A stretch of 54,612 bases of DNA from an uncultured Collinsella sp. (lineage in GTDB: Bacteria; Actinomycetota; Coriobacteriia; Coriobacteriales; Coriobacteriaceae), in NCBI GenBank assembly GCA_902494935.1, contig CABUVH010000001.1:1-54612 (forward strand). Reading direction: 5' to 3'. The translations under genes and the position numbers were made by a program. The notes under the pieces are model-generated. The model worked only from the letters and a program-made list of their open reading frames with translations. It was not told the origin of the DNA and made no database searches. Of this stretch, positions 19,695-27,559 are shown one piece after another. Within the stretch, counting starts at the first letter, position 1. Every line of letters begins with the position of its first letter.

Positions 19695-20351
19695 CTATTT
19701 ACCACCTTTCATAGCCGGAATTCGGCCAACAACGGGAATGCCCAGGAGCTCTTCTGCCTCTTCTGCACCGCGGATGCGGGTATTGAGCATGTCTGCCAAA
19801 ACGACATAGGCAACTGCGATAAAGATGCCCGCGAGGAACGCGACAGCAACGTACAGCATACGCTTGGGACCGCTGGGGGCTTCGGGGGTCTTAGCCTCGT
19901 CGATAACGTTGATGCTCTGGGCAGCGCCGACGTTCTGAGCGACCGTACTCACCGAGCTGGCTATGGCCTTTGCGACCTTAGCCGTCTCCTTGGCGTCGGT
20001 GCCGGTAACCGAAAGCGTAATGACACGCGTGGTGGTCTCGGAGGAAACAGACACCTTGTAGTCATCCAGATCGGTGAGGCCCAGTTCATTGGCTGCGCCG
20101 CTCTTAACGCTATCGCTATCCAGCAGCGTGGCGATATCGTTGGAAAGCATCTGGCTCGCCGAGAGATCGTTGTAGCTCATCTGACCGCTATCGTCGGTCT
20201 TGGCGAGAATGTACATGCTCGTCGTCGCGGTGTAGGTGTTGTCCATCGCAACGAAGGACACGATGCCCATGGCGATCGCGCAGACCACCGGAAGGGTGAT
20301 GACCAGCTTAAGGTGCTTTTTGAGCAGCTGGAACAGTTCGAGAAGGGTCAT
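19695..20351 (-). CDS. cpsC: Wzz/CpsC polysaccharide co-polymerase (kinase activator)
   Basis: Two TM helices, YTATTSMYI, PEAPSGP before TM2, ELLGIPVVGRIP C-terminus. Confidence 0.88.
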   Translation of the reverse strand: MTLLELFQLLKKHLKLVITLPVVCAIAMGIVSFVAMDNTYTATTSMYILAKTDDSGQMSYNDLSASQMLSNDIATLLDSDSVKSGAANELGLTDLDDYKVSVSSETTTRVITLSVTGTDAKETAKVAKAIASSVSTVAQNVGAAQSINVIDEAKTPEAPSGPKRMLYVAVAFLAGIFIAVAYVVLADMLNTRIRGAEEAEELLGIPVVGRIPAMKGGK

Positions 20352-20546
20352 GCAGCTTGCCTTTCATTTCCCCAGTTCGGATTGACAAAACTGTCCGTAT
20401 GTTATCGCATCTTTTTACCGAGACCAAACTCTATACATAAGAAACAGGCTCTCCTGTAAAAATGTCGGAAGCAATCGTAAAATTGCACAACAACGCCGCA
20501 CCCGAAAGTCAAATGCGGCGTCTGCATCAATATCTATGTTGTATCG

Positions 20547-21971
20547 CTATGCGAATGGCTCGTCCTGCTGTATGGGAAACGTCACCGTAATGGTGGTTCC
20601 CACGCCCAACTCGCTCGACAGATCGAGCGTGGCGTGATGATACAGGGCCGCATGCTTGACAATGGCAAGCCCCAGACCGGTTCCGCCGCGTGCCTTGGAC
20701 CTACTCTTGTCCACGCGATAGAACCGCTCAAATACCTTGCCCTGTTCTTCGGGCGCGATACCGATTCCCGTGTCGGCGACCGCGAGGAACGGATGGCCTT
20801 CGTCGTTGGTGCCGCACTGCAGCGTAACCGTACCGCCGGGTCTATTGTAGCGGATGGCGTTGCTTGCCAGATTATAGATGAGCTCGTCAATCAAGCGCGA
20901 CACGCCTTCGATGACCACAGGCTTGGTCTCATGACTTATCGTCACATTCGCCTGACGGGCGACCTGTTCAAGACGCTGCTCAACCGCGTAAATGGCACGC
21001 GAAAGCTCAATAGGCTCCGTGGACCCAATGGGCACCGCCTCGCCCTCAGTTGCACGCTCGGCCTCGTCCAAGTTTGACAGCGTAAGGATGTCGTTGACAA
21101 GTGCTGCCAAGCGGCCCGCCTCACGATAGATACGACCGCCAAAGTTGCGCAGGTCGTCCTCGCCCTCGACCATGCCGTTTGCGATGAGCTCGGCATAGCC
21201 CGAAATCGCCGTAAGCGGCGTCTTGAGCTCATGGGTGATATTCGCCGTGAACTCGCGGCGCATACGGTCGTTGTCCGCCAGCACCGCCATTTGGCGCTTG
21301 AGTTCCTGGCGCTGCGACTCGATACGCTCAAGCATGGGGACCATCTCGGCATAGGCGTGCTCATAGCTACGGCGTGGGTGGTCCAAATCCACCTCTTGCA
21401 ACGGCGCGATGATGGCACGGGACTCGCGGCGCGCCATAAAAAACGAGAGTACCGCACCCGCTGCTGCGATAAGCAGCATCGGCGCCACCATCGACAGCAA
21501 AATCGCCGCAACGCCAGGCTGGGCCTGCGCCAAGCGGACAACCTGGCCGTTATCAAGGGCGACGGCGCGATACAGCATAATCTCGTCGAGCGTAGAGCTT
21601 GCGCGCTCCGCGGAACCCGAACCACTCTCAAAGGCCTCGATGACCTCGGGGCGATCGCCATGGTTGGGCAGTGTAGAAGGCGACGCCTCGTTGTCGTAGG
21701 CAACCGATCCATCCTTGTTAATCAGCGTGATGCGCAAGTCCTCGCGATCGAGGCTACGCAAGAACGGAATGGGCTCCTGCTGCTCGTCGAGGGCAGCAGC
21801 AATGAGCTCGGTTTCCTGCGCCAGATTGGCACTCGTGGCATCCGCCAAAGTGTTTTGCACAAAGAACGCACCCAGCACCGTAAACGCCACGATAACCGCC
21901 ATGGCGCAGACAAAGATCGTCACAAAAACGCGGTGCGACAGCGTATATTTTCCCTGGGGGGCGAAGACCAC
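20547..21971 (-). CDS. Sensor histidine kinase, PhoR-like
   Basis: RREFTANITHELKTPLT H-box, NLASNAIRYN, DTGIGI, FERFYRVDKSRS, GGTGLGL; two TM helices. Confidence 0.9.
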   Translation of the reverse strand: MVFAPQGKYTLSHRVFVTIFVCAMAVIVAFTVLGAFFVQNTLADATSANLAQETELIAAALDEQQEPIPFLRSLDREDLRITLINKDGSVAYDNEASPSTLPNHGDRPEVIEAFESGSGSAERASSTLDEIMLYRAVALDNGQVVRLAQAQPGVAAILLSMVAPMLLIAAAGAVLSFFMARRESRAIIAPLQEVDLDHPRRSYEHAYAEMVPMLERIESQRQELKRQMAVLADNDRMRREFTANITHELKTPLTAISGYAELIANGMVEGEDDLRNFGGRIYREAGRLAALVNDILTLSNLDEAERATEGEAVPIGSTEPIELSRAIYAVEQRLEQVARQANVTISHETKPVVIEGVSRLIDELIYNLASNAIRYNRPGGTVTLQCGTNDEGHPFLAVADTGIGIAPEEQGKVFERFYRVDKSRSKARGGTGLGLAIVKHAALYHHATLDLSSELGVGTTITVTFPIQQDEPFA

Positions 21972-21974
21972 GGG

Positions 21975-22703
21975 TTACTCCTCCGATGCGGTGGCCACAG
22001 TGTCGTCGCCTTCGGCACCATCACCGGCAGAAGGCTCGGCCAAGCGGTAGCCCACGCCGCGCACGGTCTCGATGGCGCCGGCATGCTCGCCCAGTTTTTG
22101 GCGAAGCGTCTGCACGTGCACGTCAACGGTGCGCGAACCGCCGTCGAAGTCCCAACCCCACACGCTCTGCAGCAACGACTCGCGGGTAAAGACCACGCCG
22201 GGCTTGCGCATGAGATACTCGAGTAGGTCGAACTCGCGCAGGGTGAGCTTAAGCGGCTCGCCGGCAACGGTCACCTCGCGATGACTGGGCGAAAGCACGA
22301 TGTCGCCCACGCTGAGCACATCGCTCGCCTGCTTGACCATGCCGCCGCGACGCAGCAGTGCGCGGCAGCGGCTGGCGAGCTCCATGAGCGAGAAGGGTTT
22401 AGTCAGGTAATCGTCGGCACCGCCATCGAGCGCCATCACCTTGTCGAGCTCGGTGTCCTTGGCAGTAAGCATCATGATGGGCACCGTCGCCGTCAGGCGG
22501 TCGGCGCGCAGGCGACGCATAATCGCCAAACCATCGGTATCGGGCAGCATGATGTCGAGCAGGACAGCATCGGGTACCCGTCGCGCCACGGCGGCCTTAA
22601 ACTCGCCGTCGCACGAAAAGCCCTCGGCCTCGATTCCCTGCTTGCGCAGCGCATAGACCGTCAAATCCCTGATGTTGTCATCGTCCTCGACGTAATAGAT
22701 CAT
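21975..22703 (-). CDS. OmpR-family response regulator, PhoB/PhoP-like
   Basis: VEDD, LLDIMLP, MLTAK, DDYLTKPF, SRTVDVHVQTLRQKL, ETVRGVGY; ATG 22703 with AAAGGGG (alternative start 22727). Confidence 0.9.
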   Translation of the reverse strand: MIYYVEDDDNIRDLTVYALRKQGIEAEGFSCDGEFKAAVARRVPDAVLLDIMLPDTDGLAIMRRLRADRLTATVPIMMLTAKDTELDKVMALDGGADDYLTKPFSLMELASRCRALLRRGGMVKQASDVLSVGDIVLSPSHREVTVAGEPLKLTLREFDLLEYLMRKPGVVFTRESLLQSVWGWDFDGGSRTVDVHVQTLRQKLGEHAGAIETVRGVGYRLAEPSAGDGAEGDDTVATASEE

Positions 22704-22767
22704 GTTGAACCCCTTTGCGGCCGGCATGACCGCATCTTAACCCTAAAGGTACCTTTACTAGATGGTA

Positions 22768-23643
22768 TCAGCCAAAACGTCCCGTCAAATAATCCGCCGT
22801 GCGCGGATCGGTCGGATTTTTAAAGAGCTGCGCGGTGGGCGCGTGCTCCACCAACTCACCCAGCAAGAAAAACGCGACCGAGTCGGAGATGCGCGCCGCC
22901 TGCTGCATATTGTGCGTAACGACCACGAGCGTACAGGTCTCTTTGAGCTCGCAGGCCAGCTGCTCCACCACGAGCGTCGACACAGGGTCGAGTGCCGAGG
23001 TCGGCTCGTCCATCAGCAGAATGTCGGGCTGCACGGCAAGTGCGCGGGCGATGCACAGGCGCTGCTGCTGTCCACCCGAAAGACCCAGGCCCGACTCTTT
23101 GAGCTTGTCCTTGACCTCGTCCCACAGGGCAGCGCGACGCAGGGAGTCCTCGACCAGCTCATCGAGCACGACGCGGTCGCGCACGCCCATACCGCGCGGC
23201 CCATAGGCGACGTTGTCGTAGATGCTCATGGGAAACGGGTTGGGGCGCTGGAACACCATGCCCACGCGCTGGCGAAGGCGGCAGATGTCGTAGTCGCCCA
23301 GGATATCTTGACCATCGAGCGCAATCTTACCCTCGATGCGGCAATCCTTGATGCCGTCGTTCATGCGGTTAAAGCAGCGCAGCAACGTGGACTTTCCGCA
23401 GCCCGAAGGCCCGATAAACGAGGTGATCTGCTTGTCGCGGATCTTGATATTCACGTCCTTGAGCGCATGATGGTCGCCATAGAACAGGTCGAGGCCCTCG
23501 ACGTCGATACGCGTCGGCGAGGCGGCAAGATCCTCTGCCGTGGGGCGAGTCGCATCCCCAACCTCGCGCTCGCGCGCGGCCTCGGCCTGCGCTTTCATGA
23601 GTTCTTCAAGCTCCGTGGGCTCCACAGCCGCAGCAGCCGTCAT
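22768..23643 (-). CDS. pstB: Phosphate ABC transporter ATP-binding protein
   Basis: [56 protein letters not shown]. Confidence 0.93.
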   Translation of the reverse strand: MTAAAAVEPTELEELMKAQAEAAREREVGDATRPTAEDLAASPTRIDVEGLDLFYGDHHALKDVNIKIRDKQITSFIGPSGCGKSTLLRCFNRMNDGIKDCRIEGKIALDGQDILGDYDICRLRQRVGMVFQRPNPFPMSIYDNVAYGPRGMGVRDRVVLDELVEDSLRRAALWDEVKDKLKESGLGLSGGQQQRLCIARALAVQPDILLMDEPTSALDPVSTLVVEQLACELKETCTLVVVTHNMQQAARISDSVAFFLLGELVEHAPTAQLFKNPTDPRTADYLTGRFG

Positions 23644-23746
23644 ACCGCATACCTCCACATCGATATCAATTCAGCAGTATCGATAGTAGGAATCGCGGCT
23701 CATATGCACGTGAGCGCATTGTCAAGTGTTTGTAAGGGCACGCTGG

Positions 23747-24985
23747 CTATGCGGCGGGCAGCTCGATGGTGAATATCGTGTGTTCGGGCGTCGATTCACA
23801 TGCAACGGTACCGCCGTGTGCCGCGATGATCTCCTTGGCAATAGCAAGGCCCAGACCGGCACCACCGCGATTGGTCGCACGCGCCGCATCCAAGCGATAG
23901 AACTTCTCAAAGATCACCTTGAGCTTAGCCGCAGGGATAGGATCGCCCTGATTGATAAAGCGCACGCGCACGCCGCCATCGTCTTGGCGCCCGGCCTCAA
24001 TCGTGATAGTCGAGCCCTCATAGCTATAGGCGACGGCGTTTTTCATGATGTTGTTGAACACGCGAGCCATCTTGTCGCCATCCACGAGCACCGTCAGGTC
24101 CTCGCGAATATCAACTTGGGCTTCCTTATGCTGCTCGTTGAGGATGGGATAGAACTCGTCAGTCACCTGAGCCAGCAGCAACCCCAAATCAACATAGCCG
24201 CGCGTGAGCACGATATCGTGGAAGTCAAAGCGCGTGATATCGAAGAACTCTTCGATGAGCGCATCGAGCCGGTGCGCCTTGTCGAGAGCCACGCCCGTAA
24301 AGTGCGCACGTTGCTCAACCGGCAGCTCAGGAGCCTCTTGCAGCAGCGAAAGATAGCCCACCACACTGGCAAGCGGGGTGCGTAGGTCATGTGCCAAGTA
24401 CGTGACCAGATCGTCCTTGCGATGCGACTCGTCACGCAGAGCTTGCTGCACCTTGCGCTCACGGTCACGCACGCGGTTAAGGGCGCCCTCGACCTCCAAG
24501 AAGTCGCCGTCGATGTTGTCCCAGGTGTCGGGGTGATCGATCAGGCGATCTTGAATACGAGCGGCCAGCACACAATCGGCATGCTGCTCGCCCTGTTCGT
24601 AGCCCTGGTAGTACAGGGCGCGACCACACAAGAACAGCACGCACACGGCAAGCGCCAGCACAAAGCCAAGCATGTTGAATACAAAGCCGGCATCGAACAG
24701 CACCGGCCCTTCGATGCCGCCGAGCGCCATGGCGCCAATCGCCAACGTCATGGCCCACGCGGCGCCGCCAATCACCATGCAGCGGCGCACGATCTCAAAT
24801 CGATCGATCAGCAAAAAGCCGACAAGCAGCACCGCCAAGATTCCGACGATGTTGTCGATGCCAATCAGCAGCAGGCTCAGCAAAAAGAGCAGCACCGTTG
24901 CAAGCGCGCGATTGTCGACGACCGACCTCACGTATTCAAAGAGTCGATCGGGCACCTCGAACGCTTGTCTATCGTCTTTTGTCAT
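23747..24985 (-). CDS. Sensor histidine kinase, VanS-like
   Basis: DLVTYLAHDLRTPLASVVGYLSLL, LIEEFFDITRF, RVFNNIMKNA, FEKFYRLD, GGAGLGL; several N-terminal TM helices; start 24985 inferred. Confidence 0.85.
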   Translation of the reverse strand: MTKDDRQAFEVPDRLFEYVRSVVDNRALATVLLFLLSLLLIGIDNIVGILAVLLVGFLLIDRFEIVRRCMVIGGAAWAMTLAIGAMALGGIEGPVLFDAGFVFNMLGFVLALAVCVLFLCGRALYYQGYEQGEQHADCVLAARIQDRLIDHPDTWDNIDGDFLEVEGALNRVRDRERKVQQALRDESHRKDDLVTYLAHDLRTPLASVVGYLSLLQEAPELPVEQRAHFTGVALDKAHRLDALIEEFFDITRFDFHDIVLTRGYVDLGLLLAQVTDEFYPILNEQHKEAQVDIREDLTVLVDGDKMARVFNNIMKNAVAYSYEGSTITIEAGRQDDGGVRVRFINQGDPIPAAKLKVIFEKFYRLDAARATNRGGAGLGLAIAKEIIAAHGGTVACESTPEHTIFTIELPAA

Positions 24986-25011
24986 ATCAAGATCCTCACA
25001 AGCGAAAAGCG

Positions 25012-25707
25012 TTATTCGATGATGTAGCCGACGCCCCAGACGTTTTTGATAAAGCGCGGCTTTTGTGCGTCGTCGCCGATCTTTTCGCGCAAGTGGCGAA
25101 TGTGCACCATCACCGTATTGTTGGAGCCGGGCATAAAGTCCTCGTTCCACACCGCGCGGAACAGGTCCTCCACGGCCACCACGCTGCCGCGATGCTCGAC
25201 CAGATACAGCAAGATTGAATACTCGGTGGGTGTGAGGCGTACCGGTGCACCGTCCACCGTCACGGAACGAGCGTCGCGGTTGATCTCCAAGCCGTCGAGC
25301 TGAATGGTCGGCGATTCGGCCGCCTGTGCACGGCTACCGTAGCTGGTGTAGCGGCGAAGCTGAGCGTGCACACGCGCGATGAGTTCCAGCGGACGGAACG
25401 GCTTAACCACGTAATCGTCCGCGCCAAGCGAAAGGCCCCCGATCTTGTCTTGCTGGGCATCGCGCGCCGTCAGCATGATCACGGGATAGGTATGGCTGGA
25501 ACGGATCGTACGCAGCAGCTCAAACCCATCGATATCGGGCAGCATGACATCCAGCAGCGCCAAATCAAACTCCTGCTCCAAAATCGCCTTGGCAGCATCG
25601 GCCCCGCTATAGGCAATCTGGACATCAAAGCCCTCTTTTGTAAGGTAGATGCCAACCAAGTCGGCGATGGCCTTCTCGTCATCAACTACCAAAATGCGCT
25701 CGTTCAT
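25012..25707 (-). CDS. OmpR-family response regulator, VanR-like
   Basis: VVDDEKAIADL, LLDVMLPD, DDYVVKPFRPLELIARV, NNTVMVHIRHLREK, NVWGVGY. Confidence 0.9.
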   Translation of the reverse strand: MNERILVVDDEKAIADLVGIYLTKEGFDVQIAYSGADAAKAILEQEFDLALLDVMLPDIDGFELLRTIRSSHTYPVIMLTARDAQQDKIGGLSLGADDYVVKPFRPLELIARVHAQLRRYTSYGSRAQAAESPTIQLDGLEINRDARSVTVDGAPVRLTPTEYSILLYLVEHRGSVVAVEDLFRAVWNEDFMPGSNNTVMVHIRHLREKIGDDAQKPRFIKNVWGVGYIIE

Positions 25708-25772
25708 GCGTGCTCCTCTCGCGCTCCATTATGCCCGAGGCGACGCACGCCACACGCAACAAGCGTGGGTGA

Positions 25773-25788
25773 TTAAGTCGGCCTTAAG
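25773..25788. promoter_or_regulatory. Candidate OmpR-family operator: TTAAG direct repeat with 11-bp period
   Basis: TTAAG-tcggcc-TTAAG between divergent -10-like hexamers CATAAT (25728-25733, minus) and TATACT (25860-25865, plus). Confidence 0.45.
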
Positions 25789-25904
25789 CACCCTTGTGCC
25801 CGTTCGGGTGCGGATGTGGGCCACACGCGCACGCGATGATCGCCGACGCCGGCAAACGATATACTCTAGTTCCAGAAGAGACCATCCCGTCGAAAGCGAA
25901 ATCC

Positions 25905-27245
25905 GTGAAGTCCCTCACCTCTTTTGCAAAGCGCTCAGCCCAGCTTGCCGCCGGCCTTGTCTGCGCTATCGCCCTTGCCGCTGGCGTGCCCACCGTCGCC
26001 GGCGCCCAAGTGCTCACGACCGACAATGTTTGCGGCAAAACCGCTGATGCGCGCGGCATCACGGCCGAAAACCTGCCCGATATCGATGCGACCAATGCCC
26101 TCGTCATGGGCAAAGACGGCACCGTCTACTATGCCCGCAGCGCCGATGAGCAGGTCAAGATTGCCTCGATCACCAAGGTCATGACCGCAATCCTAACCGT
26201 CGAGAATTGCAAGATGGACGAGAAGGTCACGGTGAGCAACGCCGCAGCCACCGTAGGTAATTCGACCGCCGGCTTGCTCGAAGGCGACGAGCTTACCGTG
26301 GAGCAGGCACTGCGCGGCCTGATGATTCCCTCGGGCAACGACGCCGCCATCGTGCTCGCCGAATATGTGGGCAAGAAGATCGACCCTAAGACCAAAGACG
26401 CCGAGGCCACATTTGTGAAGGCCATGAACGAGCGTGCCAAGAAACTCGGCTGCACCGGTACGCTTTTTGAAAACCCGCATGGTCTGGACTTTGATGAGTG
26501 GGCTGGCGATATGCACTCAACCGCACACGACGTAGCGCTGATGATGCAGGAGGCCATGAAAAACGACACGATCCGCGAGGTCGTAGCGAGCGAGGATTCC
26601 TGGATCGAGGTCACGGGCGCCGACGGCACCGATCATTCGCATTCCATGGACACGCATAACTATTTGCTGGGCCAAGATGGCAACATCGGCGGCAAGACCG
26701 GCACCACCGACGATGCAGGCTATTGTTTTACGGGTGCCTACAACCGCGATGGCGACGAGATCTACACCGTCGTTTTGAACTCCACCACCACCGACCAGCG
26801 CTTTACCGATACCGCAACCCTTGCCAGTTGGTACTACGGTCACAAGGTGACGGTCGCAATCGCCAACACGCAGGAAAAGACCGCCAACGGCAACCCGCTT
26901 ATGGCACGCATTAGCCAGACAGATTGGACGGACAAGACGATCGACGCCACGCTCGCCGACCCCGCCGCACAGGCAACGGTGTTCTCACTCGCCGGCGAAG
27001 TGACCGAAAAAGTTAGCTACGATGACCTTTCGGGCACGGTGCATGTTGGCGACAAGGTAGGCAGCGTTACGCTCAAGCAGGACGGCACCAAGGTCGCCGT
27101 CATGGACCTGGTTGCCGACGAGGAAGGCACAGGGCCGAATCCCATTGAATGGCTCCTTGTGAAGCTCGACCGCCTGGGCCGCCGCATCGACAACCGCCCA
27201 CTCACGGCAGAAAGCGAGACCGTAGCCAAGGCACCCGAGGTGTAG
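25905..27245 (+). CDS. D-alanyl-D-alanine carboxypeptidase (peptidase S11)
   Basis: Signal peptide, SxxK (ASITK), SxN (PSGN), NPHGL, KTG (GGKTG), amphipathic C-terminus; GTG start 25905 inferred. Confidence 0.92.
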   Translation: MKSLTSFAKRSAQLAAGLVCAIALAAGVPTVAGAQVLTTDNVCGKTADARGITAENLPDIDATNALVMGKDGTVYYARSADEQVKIASITKVMTAILTVENCKMDEKVTVSNAAATVGNSTAGLLEGDELTVEQALRGLMIPSGNDAAIVLAEYVGKKIDPKTKDAEATFVKAMNERAKKLGCTGTLFENPHGLDFDEWAGDMHSTAHDVALMMQEAMKNDTIREVVASEDSWIEVTGADGTDHSHSMDTHNYLLGQDGNIGGKTGTTDDAGYCFTGAYNRDGDEIYTVVLNSTTTDQRFTDTATLASWYYGHKVTVAIANTQEKTANGNPLMARISQTDWTDKTIDATLADPAAQATVFSLAGEVTEKVSYDDLSGTVHVGDKVGSVTLKQDGTKVAVMDLVADEEGTGPNPIEWLLVKLDRLGRRIDNRPLTAESETVAKAPEV

Positions 27246-27270
27246 GGCCGGAGCGATATCACATCGAACC

Positions 27271-27302
27271 AAATGAGGCGTCCAACGGGGCGCCTCATTT
27301 TT
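27271..27302 (+). terminator. Intrinsic terminator after the carboxypeptidase gene
   Basis: AAATGAGGCGTCC/GGGCGCCTCATTT stem plus T-tract. Confidence 0.65.
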
Positions 27303-27304
27303 GA

Positions 27305-27321
27305 GGGTTCGAATCCCCAGC
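27305..27321 (+). repeat. Inverted copy of the tRNA-Ser T-arm
   Basis: GGGTTCGAATCCCCAGC is identical to 17 nt of the tRNA-Ser 3' half but on the opposite strand. Confidence 0.8.
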
Positions 27322-27376
27322 CTCCTTTCTCCACACAAAAAAGGGCCCCAAATGGGACCCTTCTTCAAATTCGTAC

Positions 27377-27467
27377 TGGCGGAGAGCTGGGGATTCGAAC
27401 CCCAGATGCCCTTTTGGGGCATACTCGCTTAGCAGGCGAGCACCTTCGGCCTCTCGGTCAGCTCTCC
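27377..27467 (-). tRNA. tRNA-Ser(GCT)
   Basis: GGAGAGC acceptor stem, anticodon arm CTCGC-CTGCTAA-GCGAG, long variable arm, GGTTCGAATCC, encoded CCA. Confidence 0.97.
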
Positions 27468-27481
27468 GTAACAGCCGTTCT

Positions 27482-27510
27482 ATAGTAACCAAACAGCCAA
27501 GGATGGGCAA
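27482..27510 (-). promoter_or_regulatory. Sigma70-type promoter of tRNA-Ser
   Basis: TTGCCC-17 bp-TACTAT. Confidence 0.65.
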
Positions 27511-27559
27511 GAGGAAATTTTCTAATTGCCTAGCATCCTTTCCTCCTTGGAAGCTTCAC

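Noticed and set aside
23747..27245. Vancomycin resistance cluster
   Set aside because: No ligase, dehydrogenase, racemase or D,D-dipeptidase; only a two-component system and an S11 carboxypeptidase.
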